NCBI GenBank assembly: GCA_965367815.1
Contig: CBDUKN010000030.1
Location: forward strand, 1 to 17,132
Source of the DNA: an uncultured Thermoprotei archaeon
Lineage (GTDB): Archaea > Thermoproteota > Thermoprotei > Thermofilales > B15-G2
Length of the DNA: 17,132 nt
Reading direction: 5' to 3'
How positions within the stretch are numbered: the stretch's first letter is position 1; every line of letters begins with the position of its first letter. Below the pieces are notes generated by a model that was not told the DNA's origin, searched no databases, and saw only the letters and a program-made list of their open reading frames with translations. The position numbers and the translations under genes were made by a program. Of this stretch, positions 1 through 9,430 are shown in pieces.

Positions 1-65
1 TTATAAATATATTAAAGGAGTATAACAATAATGTTATAGTAGAAGATAAGAGACTAAATAGTCTA

Positions 66-1454
66 ATGAATTTTCTAAAAGTAAATATTACAAGAAATCA
101 AGGCAGACTTGAAATATCTGTTAATAAAATCGACAGATACTTCTTAAAGGAGTTACGTGAAATATGTACATTAACGTATTATAAAGAAAAAGTGATTCTT
201 GATGAAGAAAAAAATTACAAAGGAACTGAACTTATAGAGAGAAAGCTCACGTGTTTAGATGTAGATTTCTCTCAAAGTAAAATATACGTTCCTGTAGGGC
301 TTTTACATCGTATAGTCAATTTTCTAGAAGATCTAGAAATACCGTATAGTTTAAATATTAAAGAGAAAGATGATATAAATATTCAAATGAAAATAAACTT
401 TACCTTATATCCTCATCAAAAAGAGGCCTACATAAAATGGCTCGAATGCAGAAGAGGCACAATAGCGATTTTCACAAGAGGCGGAAAGTCCTTCATTGCT
501 TTACGGGCAATTTACGACCTGAAAAAGCCTACAATCATATTCGTTACTACAAGAGAATTAGCAACTACATGGAAAACCTATTTGACTAAGTATTTAGGTA
601 TAAAAGAGTATGAAATAGGATATCTCGGTGAAGGCGTAAAGAAGATAACTCCAATAACAATATCTACTTATGTTAGTGGAGTTAAATATATTGAGGATAT
701 TAAAGATAAATTTGAGTTAGTTATTTTCGATGAAGGGCATCATTTGCCAGCCGAGTCATTTAAAAAGATTGCATTAAAGATAGATGCGCTCTATAGAATG
801 GTGCTGACAGCAACTCCCTACCGACGAGATAGAAACGAAGTTCTTATATTCTCTCTATGTGGAGACTTGGTAGCCAATATAGACTATATATCGCTGCTCA
901 AAATGAAGATAGTTGCCCCAATAGAAGTTTTCAAAGCCGTTTTTGCTATAGGACAGGAAGACAAGCTTAATAAACTCATTGAGATACTTAATGAACATAA
1001 AGATGAGCAAACACTTGTTTTTACACAGTATATAGATACTGCTAAAAAACTATATTTTGAGTTACTTAAAAGAGGTTTTAAGGTAGCACTAATAACTGGA
1101 GAAGTAAATAAGAGCAAACGTGAGCGCTTTTTTAGAGATTTTGTCAAAGGATTAATTAAAGTGCTGGTTACAACAACTGTTCTAGACGAAGGAATAACAG
1201 CTCCTGATGCGGAAGTCGCGATCATATATGAAGGTACGGGTGAAGAGCGACAAATGATTCAGCGTATAGGGAGAGTACTAGGTTATAAGCCCGGCAAAAA
1301 GGCGAAGATATATGAGATTATTGATATTACAAATCCCAAGGAAAAAGTAGCGTATCTTCGGAGAAAAAGTGTGAGAGAGTATTATAGGCTTGATTTAATA
1401 AGGAAAATTATGCACAAAGATAGTGCTCAGACTTTGCTAGAAACTTTCTATTAA
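66..1454 (+). CDS. Divergent XPB/Rad25-like (SSL2/ResIII-type) superfamily 2 DExH helicase with C-terminal PIP box
   Basis: Q-motif LYPHQ, atypical Walker A FTRGGKS, Walker B DEGH, motif III TATP, motif V VLDEG, motif VI QRIGRVLG; C-terminus QTLLETFY. Confidence 0.8.
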   Translation: MNFLKVNITRNQGRLEISVNKIDRYFLKELREICTLTYYKEKVILDEEKNYKGTELIERKLTCLDVDFSQSKIYVPVGLLHRIVNFLEDLEIPYSLNIKEKDDINIQMKINFTLYPHQKEAYIKWLECRRGTIAIFTRGGKSFIALRAIYDLKKPTIIFVTTRELATTWKTYLTKYLGIKEYEIGYLGEGVKKITPITISTYVSGVKYIEDIKDKFELVIFDEGHHLPAESFKKIALKIDALYRMVLTATPYRRDRNEVLIFSLCGDLVANIDYISLLKMKIVAPIEVFKAVFAIGQEDKLNKLIEILNEHKDEQTLVFTQYIDTAKKLYFELLKRGFKVALITGEVNKSKRERFFRDFVKGLIKVLVTTTVLDEGITAPDAEVAIIYEGTGEERQMIQRIGRVLGYKPGKKAKIYEIIDITNPKEKVAYLRRKSVREYYRLDLIRKIMHKDSAQTLLETFY

Positions 1455-1458
1455 TAGT

Positions 1459-2580
1459 CTACTCTATCCACTTCTTTTTGCTTATTTTCTCTGGTAAGTA
1501 TACATGTGATAAGAATTTAAATCCGTGACCAGAGAGGGCTTCTATTTCTATCTTCTGCTTTTTCTTTAAAAATAGCTTAAGTTCCCGCTGCCACTTTTCG
1601 CTCTTAAACCATGGATAGTTGAGTAATTCTTGGGCACGTTTTAAGTCTCTCTCTGTTGCGGCAATAATATAGTTTTTAGGTATTTTATACTCCTCTATGT
1701 CGGTTACAGTAACTCCTATAAACTTGGCTCCTGGTGTAGCCAATCGCTCACTTTCATAGCTTAGTGAAATAGATCCGCTTCTATAAACAGAGTATATGTA
1801 AAATCCATAAGAGTCACAGTCTGTTAGAATATAAACTGGTAAACCGAATTCCTCCCATAGTCTTCTAATCATTCTTCTAGTGGATCTATCTGGCTGACCT
1901 TTTCCTGTGACTAAAATACAGTTTTCTCTCCGCCAGTACTCTTCTTCGTTAAGTCTTTCGAAAATGGCGTCTTTCTCTACACAAAGTACATAGTCTGCTT
2001 CGACTTTTACTATTTCAAGTCTATCGGGATTAGGTGGAATAGCGTATGCACCGCTACCCATTTTAGAGCAATCTATGAGATAGCCCTTAGAGCGGACCAC
2101 TATATTTCCGACGATTTTTCCTTTGGCATCATGCATTATGCCCATGTGTTCTCTTAAGAGGCCTGTAGAAACCTCGATATCTTGTATTACTGAGTTTGAC
2201 TCGCGCTGGTCGTACCAAGTCTCTTCTGTACACTTTCTGCCCAAATGATCTCTATAAGCTATGGTGTGTTTTCCCATATAGTAAAGGTCTCTTATAGTAG
2301 GGTAGTCGTTCTCTCTTCTAGCCTTGACTATTAGGCTGAGCATTAGAAGTGTCTGCATGAATTTCTTAGACTCCTTTAAGTCGAAGAATTCTCTAATGGC
2401 TTTCTGTGGACCTAGTCTTAATATTTTCTTTTCTTCGTCCCATATTGTGTTGGACAGTGTTCTTACAGGAATCTCTAAATACGGCGGATTGCCTTTTTCG
2501 ACCATTTTCAAGATTTTTTGAGCCAGCTTTTCTAGTCTCTCTAATACTTCTTCGTCACTTGGAGCTGGTATCTTTGGCAT
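1459..2580 (-). CDS. top6A: DNA topoisomerase VI subunit A (Spo11-like)
   Basis: Catalytic Tyr motif TIRDLYY; Toprim motifs VEKDA and DCDSYG; KGQPD and EIEAL; directly follows top6B with a strong SD. Confidence 0.97.
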   Translation of the reverse strand: MPKIPAPSDEEVLERLEKLAQKILKMVEKGNPPYLEIPVRTLSNTIWDEEKKILRLGPQKAIREFFDLKESKKFMQTLLMLSLIVKARRENDYPTIRDLYYMGKHTIAYRDHLGRKCTEETWYDQRESNSVIQDIEVSTGLLREHMGIMHDAKGKIVGNIVVRSKGYLIDCSKMGSGAYAIPPNPDRLEIVKVEADYVLCVEKDAIFERLNEEEYWRRENCILVTGKGQPDRSTRRMIRRLWEEFGLPVYILTDCDSYGFYIYSVYRSGSISLSYESERLATPGAKFIGVTVTDIEEYKIPKNYIIAATERDLKRAQELLNYPWFKSEKWQRELKLFLKKKQKIEIEALSGHGFKFLSHVYLPEKISKKKWIE

Positions 2581-4144
2581 AAACTATCACCTCCTCTCTA
2601 CCTCTACTACTTTTCATCAGAACTTTCTCCATAATCGCGATAAGTTTCTCCTTAATATACTCTTCTTCAACACGGCATATTTCGCTGAGAGCGCGCGCAA
2701 CCTCAGGTATGTATTTCTCAAAAGTGACTTTCTTCTTCTGGAGTTCGTATATTTTTTCTATCTTGATTATATGTGATCGAAGTCTTCTCGCAGCCTCTTT
2801 AATAGCGTTTTCTATTTCTTTTTCTATTTCCTCAACATCTGCAATAGCCTCTTTACCCACGCCTTTAAATGGTAGTTTAGTAGAGCATACATGGACTACG
2901 ACGGCTAGTGGTGCTGGGAATTTCACCTTGTAGTAGCTCCAGTCAATAGAGTCTACTATTTTTCTACAAACATCTGCTCCTTCGTCGTAGAGAAGGGGAA
3001 TCTTGTTTGCGAATCTAAACAGTAGAGGTTTTTCTACGGCAGGTATATTTCCTCCCCAGGCTAGAGCTACCTCCACTATGAATGGATTGCCTGCATATGA
3101 TGAAGGTTTTCGCGTAACAGCGGTCACAAACTCAGGTTTAAGGGTTTCTTCAATACCCTTCTTAAGTAGGTCAGAGCCTAGTGGAGATAGTGCTTTTCCA
3201 CGAGGTCTTCTCCATTTATCGTATTCTTTCATCTTACTCATTAATAAGGTTAAGTCGTTGAGGTCTAGCTTTTTGACTTTAATTGATGGCGAGAAACCAG
3301 CCCATTTACAGAAAGCTTCTGCTGTTGTTTCTCCTATACTGTCGAAATTTGTCATAAGGAATTCCTTTAAAGTTAAGTCTTCCTTTAAAGACGAAATCAT
3401 GGCTTTTAGCATTTCTAGATCTACGCCATGCGGGTGAGGTTTGCTTTCACTAGGTAGTGCGGGTAATTTACGGGTTACTCTCTTGAATGAAATTTCGAGA
3501 TCAGGTGCTTTGAAGTATATGTTAGCGTAAGGCGTTATCATAGCAGTTCTCCTAATGTATTCTTCTACTCTTCTTCGCGCTGAAGGCCAATTGCCTTGAA
3601 TAGTTAACCTGACTACAGTACCATGCCATCTCTTTTCTTTTCTGTATACTTTATGGTTTAGCACTATTGGTCTATTAGAAGTAATGTCTATGAGTATTTC
3701 ATACTCGTAGATGCTGCATGAGTAAGGTGTCGAGCTTCTGACGAAAATGGGCTTACCTGTTGTAATTTGTGCATAGAGAACTGCCATTTTTACGCCTAGA
3801 CCGAAGACTCCTCTAGATTGTCTGAGTTTGTATTTAGACCCGTAGAATACTCTTCCGAAGACGTTAGGGACTTCGTGTCGCGGTATGCCTATACCGTTAT
3901 CTTCGACAGTTATTTCGACTAATTCTGTTCCATTGTTTTCATAGGTGTTGACTAGTATTTTGATGTCCGGCAGAATTCGATAGAGCTCTGTTGCGTCTAA
4001 AGCGTTTTCAACTAATTCTCTTATTGTTTGATAGACAGCTCTAGTTGGATTAGAGAATCCTGCTATTTCCTTGTTTCGGTAGAAAAACTCAGCTGGGCTG
4101 AGTCCTTTATATTCTCTTAGTAGTGCTTCGTCGGTAATCGGCAT
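2555..4144 (-). CDS. top6B: DNA topoisomerase VI subunit B (GHKL ATPase)
   Basis: SPAEFF, ELVENALDA, DNGIGI, QSRGVFGLG, KPHPHG, RFANKIPL, GKEAIA; overlaps the top6A start by 26 nt. Confidence 0.97.
   Translation of the reverse strand: MPITDEALLREYKGLSPAEFFYRNKEIAGFSNPTRAVYQTIRELVENALDATELYRILPDIKILVNTYENNGTELVEITVEDNGIGIPRHEVPNVFGRVFYGSKYKLRQSRGVFGLGVKMAVLYAQITTGKPIFVRSSTPYSCSIYEYEILIDITSNRPIVLNHKVYRKEKRWHGTVVRLTIQGNWPSARRRVEEYIRRTAMITPYANIYFKAPDLEISFKRVTRKLPALPSESKPHPHGVDLEMLKAMISSLKEDLTLKEFLMTNFDSIGETTAEAFCKWAGFSPSIKVKKLDLNDLTLLMSKMKEYDKWRRPRGKALSPLGSDLLKKGIEETLKPEFVTAVTRKPSSYAGNPFIVEVALAWGGNIPAVEKPLLFRFANKIPLLYDEGADVCRKIVDSIDWSYYKVKFPAPLAVVVHVCSTKLPFKGVGKEAIADVEEIEKEIENAIKEAARRLRSHIIKIEKIYELQKKKVTFEKYIPEVARALSEICRVEEEYIKEKLIAIMEKVLMKSSRGREEVIVYAKDTSSK
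2585..2596 (-). promoter_or_regulatory. Shine-Dalgarno site of top6A
   Basis: Minus strand reads GAGGAGGTGATA a few nt before the ATG at 2580; matches the archaeal anti-SD. Confidence 0.75.
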
Positions 4145-4214
4145 AAGGATCCCTCTTTAAGCCAAAGAACGTATTTTTCATGCAGACATAAATATAAACT
4201 TTCACCAAGAGAGG

Positions 4215-6425
4215 TTAGCTAAAGTATTTATCTAAGGTCTCTACTGAAGGCTCGTATTCTTCCTCTATTTTTTCTCCGGAAGATTCGGGTAACTTTTCTC
4301 CTCTAACGCATGCGATTATTCTTCTGGCTAACTCAGGTCCTATTAAAGGCAGTCTTACTAGGTCTTTTATACTAGCTTTCTTTAATGCATCTATGCTTCT
4401 ATAGCCGTAGTTAGCTAGAATTCTAGCTCTAACTCTGCCTATGCCCTCAATACGCACTAAATCTAGAAGATCTCTTTTCACTCCGTGCTTTATTCTCGAC
4501 CTTAGCTCCTGTAATTTTTTCAAGTGCTGAGGAGAGCCCATAATTTTACATATTTCTGAAGCTGCGTAGCATATCCACTCAGCGGTCTGAACGAATGCAT
4601 AAAGGTCTCCAGGACCTATATCGTATTTTTCTACTATTGTTTCTTCCGGAACTTCCTCTATCCAATCGAATAGGAGCAGAGCTGTCTTAGCTGAAGCTAA
4701 AGTAAACTCATATTCGTATTCATCTTCGTAGACTTCAGCTTCGAGTATCTTAAATAGCTGTGGCGCAAGTTTCATTAAAAGCGCTTCGACTACTTTTCTT
4801 TCACCTCTCTTTAAGTACATTTTTTGCATATCTGGTGTAAGACATATTATCAGTAAATACTCATAGTCATTGAATACTGTTTTCCCACCAAGGTATTTGA
4901 GTAAAGTGAGCGCTGTGAGAGGGTCTATGTAGAGATCGCTTACTCTTTTCCCCAGAGGAGTTGCCTTGAGAAGAGAATCTGAAGCTTCTAGTAGGTTACT
5001 TTTCACGAGGAAATCTATTGCTCTCTTAATCCCTTCTAAAAGCAGTTGGCGACCTATTTGTCTAAAACATAGAGTAAGGGAAAAATTTTGCATTAAGTCT
5101 TCGTAGGACTCTGCATACCCTGAGGCTACTAACGCTAGCGTATGTATTCTTAGGTTCTTTTCAGCAGACAGCTTTGAGAACAATTTTTCCGGCTTGGCGT
5201 AGATATACTCTTTAAGGAGATAGTCTCTTTCGTCGAGAGTTTTTGACAGTAAAATAGCTTCACCTTGTTTATCGTATTTCGGCCTACCTGCTCTTCCTGC
5301 CATCTGCTTGTATTCTAGTACTGGAATAGGTACGTAGCCAAAAGAGGGATCATATCTTCTATAGTCTTGTATAATAACTCTTCGTGCTGGAAGATTTACT
5401 CCTGCAGCTAGTGTTGTAGTTGCGCATAAAACCTTAATTATATTTGACCTAAAGCTTTTTTCGATAATTTTTCTTAAAGAATACGGTAGACCCGCGTGAT
5501 GAAATGAGCATCCTTCTTGAACAAGTGCAGCTAACTCTCTATTGAGTTTTGTTTGAGGCGGTGTTTTAGCTATTTCTTCTGCTATTTTTCTAAGATTAGT
5601 TCTTTCTGATAGAGTGAGCATTTCTGAAGAAACCTTTTTAAGTTTTTTAGCTAATCTTACTGCACCACTCCTTGTACTAGTAAATATAAGTACCTGTCCT
5701 CCTGAAGACAGACAATCATATGTTAAAGAAGATATAGGGTCTCCCTTTACAGGTATTTGTACTTCGCTTCCGTCATTAAAGTATACTGTACCATTATAGT
5801 ACACTCCCTCTTTTAAAGGAACAGGGCGCCACTCGCTCTTAATTAATTTAGCATTTAGCCATGAAGCTATTTCATCTGCATTACCTATAGTTGCACTGAG
5901 CGCGACTACTTGCGGACTATTTCTCAAAAGCTTGGCTGCTGTTATTTCAAGCACTGGTCCTCTGTGACCATCTTGAATTAGATGAATCTCATCGAATACT
6001 ACTACTTTCACGTGGTTCAGCCAAGGAGGCTTATGTCTTGTTAAACTGTCAGCTTTCTCATAAGTAGCAATAATAATGTCGTACTCACTCAGCCAGGGAT
6101 CTGAAGAATCATAGTCACCCGTAGTAATGGCTATCTTAAGTCCAGCTTTTTCATACTTCTTAAAATCCTCATATTTCTCGTATGCAAGTGCTTTCAGTGG
6201 AGATAAGTAAAGCGCAATGCAGCCTTCTTCTAATACCTTTTTCACCATAGCTAGTTCTGCTATTAAAGTTTTTCCTGAGGCCGTTGGAGTGGCCATAACT
6301 ATGTTTTCCCCTTCTAAGACTCCAGCTCTGATGGCTTCTCTTTGAGGAGGATACAGCCTCTCTATACCTTCCTTTCTTAAAATTTCTTTAACTTGCTGAG
6401 GTATTGGTAGTGAATCTATTTTCAT
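4215..6425 (-). CDS. hel308: Ski2-like DNA helicase Hel308/Hjm
   Basis: PTASGKT, DEIH, SAT, WRPVPL, FHHAGL, TLAAGVNLPA, QMAGRAGRP, YIDP, domain-5 GIGRVRAR; PIP-like C-terminus ETLDKYF. Confidence 0.95.
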   Translation of the reverse strand: MKIDSLPIPQQVKEILRKEGIERLYPPQREAIRAGVLEGENIVMATPTASGKTLIAELAMVKKVLEEGCIALYLSPLKALAYEKYEDFKKYEKAGLKIAITTGDYDSSDPWLSEYDIIIATYEKADSLTRHKPPWLNHVKVVVFDEIHLIQDGHRGPVLEITAAKLLRNSPQVVALSATIGNADEIASWLNAKLIKSEWRPVPLKEGVYYNGTVYFNDGSEVQIPVKGDPISSLTYDCLSSGGQVLIFTSTRSGAVRLAKKLKKVSSEMLTLSERTNLRKIAEEIAKTPPQTKLNRELAALVQEGCSFHHAGLPYSLRKIIEKSFRSNIIKVLCATTTLAAGVNLPARRVIIQDYRRYDPSFGYVPIPVLEYKQMAGRAGRPKYDKQGEAILLSKTLDERDYLLKEYIYAKPEKLFSKLSAEKNLRIHTLALVASGYAESYEDLMQNFSLTLCFRQIGRQLLLEGIKRAIDFLVKSNLLEASDSLLKATPLGKRVSDLYIDPLTALTLLKYLGGKTVFNDYEYLLIICLTPDMQKMYLKRGERKVVEALLMKLAPQLFKILEAEVYEDEYEYEFTLASAKTALLLFDWIEEVPEETIVEKYDIGPGDLYAFVQTAEWICYAASEICKIMGSPQHLKKLQELRSRIKHGVKRDLLDLVRIEGIGRVRARILANYGYRSIDALKKASIKDLVRLPLIGPELARRIIACVRGEKLPESSGEKIEEEYEPSVETLDKYFS

Positions 6426-6436
6426 AGATTGTTACC

Positions 6437-8548
6437 TTATGCTCTGACTCTTCTGATATAGCCGGGTTTAGGCTCGTATATAATTCCCTCGCTTTTCCAG
6501 TGTCTCAGAGCTTTTTCGACAAATGTCTCGTCAAGACTCTCGTCTTTAGCAGCTTCTATTAACTCGGTTACTTTGACTAAGCCATTATCGGAAGTTGCTT
6601 CCATATCTTTTATTAAGTCCATTAATTTAGCTAATTTTTCTTGTTGAGATCTTGGCTTACCTGTCAATATCACGTCTATGTCTGGCATTTTTGTCTCTAC
6701 GTCTATTCCGACATTGTGAAGGAAGTACGACATAAGCTCTATCGCTGCTTCAGCGTCCTCCGCGGTAGCTACAGTCTTGAGGGCCATTTTAGCGTGTGCT
6801 TCTGTAAGTCTAACTAGAGCCTCGAGTTGTCTAGGAGTTATTGCCACAGGAGAGTCCGGTGTAGTAGATTTTGCTCTCATCTCTAAGTAAAATTCCTCTA
6901 TTTTCTTCATGGCTTCTTCGCTAAGCCTTACATGAATGTTCTTCCTTGCGTATGCTATATACTTCTTGAGCACGTCGATGGGAATTATTCCGTCTGCCTC
7001 GGGTAATTCTCCTTGATGAATTCTTAACACGTGTTCTGTTAGTGCTTTGTCTTTTTCTAGATCAGGAGTATCGACTATTACGAATATTAAGTCGAATCTA
7101 GAAAGTATGGTGATAGGTAAGTCTATATTGTCGACAATGCCTTTTTGCGGAATATATCTTCCGAAAGCTGGGTTAGCTGCTGCGAGAACAGCGGTTCTAG
7201 CATTTAGTGTGGCTACAATACCTGCTTTAGCTATGCTAACAGTCTGCTGCTCCATTGCTTCATGCATGCTAACTCGATCCCTATTATCCATTTTATCTAT
7301 CTCGTCGATGCACGCTATACCTTTGTCTGCCAAAACCAGAGCACCAGCCTCTAGATAGAAGTCTCCCGTTGTTTTATCTCTTACAACAGCGGCTGTTAGG
7401 CCTGCTGCAGTAGATCCTTTGCCTGTAGTGTACACAGCTCTTGGAGCAACTTGAGCTACAAAGCGCAGAAGCTGGGACTTAGCAGTACCTGGGTCACCTA
7501 CTAAAAGTATGTGTATATCGCCTCTTATTCTAACACCATCAGGCAAGACTTTAGGCTCGCCTCCGAAAAGCTGCAATGCTATAGCTTTCTTTATATGATG
7601 ATAACCATATATCGAGGGAGCTATTGATTTAATAATTCTTTCTCTTATACTCGGATCTTCTGCAAGTTTAAGTATCATTTTTTCGTCTTGGGGAGTGATC
7701 TCAATGTCAAGAAATCCTTTTTCGGAAGCTTCTATGTAATTTGCTTCAAGGTATGTTCTAAACAAAGGAGGCTTATCTTTCTTAAGAGAGTATTCCTGCT
7801 GCACCATGAGTACTCCAGTTATCGATACTCTATCTCCGGGTCTTACTACATCGACTAAATCTTCCCTTAAGACAACTTCTAGTGATCTAGGCAGCTGACC
7901 TGGTGGGAGTTCTTCAGGTTTTTCTTGAACTACTGCTTTTTGCCAATCAATATAGGTTGACTTTTCCAAAACTAGTTCAAAATTAGATTTGCGTTTTCTC
8001 TTAGACTTTTTCTTCGCTGATTCCTCTAAGAAATCTTCTTCCATGCCACAATAAGGACAGAAAGTCGGCTGAGAAAAACCTCTTCCAAGTTGCGGGACCC
8101 TTACTTCGCCGCCGCATTCAACACAGCGGAAAACGGCTTCATAGAGTAACTGCTTAACAGGAGTTATTTTTGTTACAATTCCTTCTACCGATATTAGTTT
8201 AAAGAGATGTTCTGAGCGAAGTTTTCTTAATGGAATTACGTCAGGGACTCCTCTAAATCTTGCATTGAATCTCTCGTATTTCTGCGCATAGTCTTTAGCT
8301 TCTATTTCAATGAAGTCTTTCACAGCCTTGTTTGCCGCATCCAAGGTCACTAGAGGATTTTCTCTAAGTTCTTTTGCTAAATCTTTATCAAAAATTAGTA
8401 AGTCGTCGAAATCTATTACAAGTGATGTAGAGCCCGATAAGACCATTTGTTTTACTCTTTCTCTATACTTGAATTCGCCTTTCTCTTGAAATACTTTAAG
8501 AAAATCTAAAAATTTGCTTCTAAGATCTACGGAAACTTGAACCTCCAT
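6437..8548 (-). CDS. mcm: MCM replicative helicase
   Basis: C4 zinc finger (CVEC...CPYC), PPGQLPRS, Walker A GDPGTAKSQ, IDEIDKM, arginine finger LSRFD, ITPRQLE, C-terminal winged helix; SD GGAGGT upstream; no intein. Confidence 0.98.
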   Translation of the reverse strand: MEVQVSVDLRSKFLDFLKVFQEKGEFKYRERVKQMVLSGSTSLVIDFDDLLIFDKDLAKELRENPLVTLDAANKAVKDFIEIEAKDYAQKYERFNARFRGVPDVIPLRKLRSEHLFKLISVEGIVTKITPVKQLLYEAVFRCVECGGEVRVPQLGRGFSQPTFCPYCGMEEDFLEESAKKKSKRKRKSNFELVLEKSTYIDWQKAVVQEKPEELPPGQLPRSLEVVLREDLVDVVRPGDRVSITGVLMVQQEYSLKKDKPPLFRTYLEANYIEASEKGFLDIEITPQDEKMILKLAEDPSIRERIIKSIAPSIYGYHHIKKAIALQLFGGEPKVLPDGVRIRGDIHILLVGDPGTAKSQLLRFVAQVAPRAVYTTGKGSTAAGLTAAVVRDKTTGDFYLEAGALVLADKGIACIDEIDKMDNRDRVSMHEAMEQQTVSIAKAGIVATLNARTAVLAAANPAFGRYIPQKGIVDNIDLPITILSRFDLIFVIVDTPDLEKDKALTEHVLRIHQGELPEADGIIPIDVLKKYIAYARKNIHVRLSEEAMKKIEEFYLEMRAKSTTPDSPVAITPRQLEALVRLTEAHAKMALKTVATAEDAEAAIELMSYFLHNVGIDVETKMPDIDVILTGKPRSQQEKLAKLMDLIKDMEATSDNGLVKVTELIEAAKDESLDETFVEKALRHWKSEGIIYEPKPGYIRRVRA

Positions 8549-8549
8549 A

Positions 8550-9065
8550 TTACCTCCCCACTAAATTCTCAACAATAAACTGGTTCCACGAAGAAAGGAT
8601 ATTACAAAGCAGTATGTACAGGAATTCTTCTTCAGCAGTCATTTTATTAATTAAATCTCTCTGAGGAGTGGGAGAAAGTAAAGCTAATTTAACTATTTTT
8701 TGGGTTCTATATTTTATTAAATCAAGTAAATTAGACTTAATAAGCATGATGTTCTTTGAATGAAAAATAAAGTTTTTGTCATTAAGTTCTTTTTCCATTT
8801 TTCTTAATAATATAGAGCATTTAGCATAAAAGTCCTTAGATAATTTCTGCAGCTCTTCTTCTTTTTCTTCTTTCCAAACTATTCTAGCAATAGTTGCGGG
8901 AGTTAATTCTTCAATATTGTTTTCACTAAAATTATTTTCATTAAGTTTATTAAGTAAAGAAGAGTAGGTAATCTTAATAATATGTCCTTTATCTGTTTTA
9001 ATTTCTATAGGAATATTTTCACGTAGTGTTTTGAGTATTGCAGTAATAAAAGCTCTGGTTAGCAT
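8550..9065 (-). CDS. gins23: GINS complex subunit, Gins23 (Psf2/Psf3-like), divergent N-terminus
   Basis: Immediately upstream of mcm (1-nt gap), the usual gins23-mcm arrangement; A-domain motifs ELQKLSKDFY, RTQKIVKLA, MTAEEEFLY. Confidence 0.8.
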   Translation of the reverse strand: MLTRAFITAILKTLRENIPIEIKTDKGHIIKITYSSLLNKLNENNFSENNIEELTPATIARIVWKEEKEEELQKLSKDFYAKCSILLRKMEKELNDKNFIFHSKNIMLIKSNLLDLIKYRTQKIVKLALLSPTPQRDLINKMTAEEEFLYILLCNILSSWNQFIVENLVGR

Positions 9066-9196
9066 TACATAATCTCTACTCCGGTGCTAAATAAAAGGAG
9101 TCGTAAGGTGAATAAAAGTAATATCTCTCTATGGTTGAGGGTAATACTCGACTATTATAGCACTTTATATTAGGTATTCATTTAACTGCAATTATT

Positions 9197-9430
9197 TTAC
9201 TTTGGCGAGATCTTGCGCGCCTCTCTTTCAGTCTCGCGCAGCATTAGAATGTCGCCTAAGCGAACTGGTCCTCTTACGTTTCTTGTGAGGACTCTGCCTT
9301 TATCTTTTCCTTCGAGAATTCTGCACCTTACTTGGATTACCTCTCCACACACTCCTGTTCTGCCTATTATTTGAATTACGACAGCTGGAGTAGCATCCAT
9401 TACAGGTTCTTTTGAAGGTCTTTTGCTCAT
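9197..9430 (-). CDS. rps28e: 30S ribosomal protein S28e
   Basis: [19 protein letters not shown]...[23 protein letters not shown] signature. Confidence 0.97.
   Translation of the reverse strand: MSKRPSKEPVMDATPAVVIQIIGRTGVCGEVIQVRCRILEGKDKGRVLTRNVRGPVRLGDILMLRETEREARKISPK

Noticed and set aside
884-7358. Antisense ORFs 884-1225, 2324-2521, 2709-2933, 3003-3437, 5614-5799, 7047-7358
   Set aside because: Ser-rich shadow frames opposite well-conserved genes, with no recognisable motifs.
9066-9196. Weak hairpins upstream of gins23 (9131-9155 with G-U pairs; ACTCC/GGAGT 9077-9101) as a possible ncRNA
   Set aside because: Short and AT-rich, with no C/D, H/ACA or tRNA features; compatible with chance.
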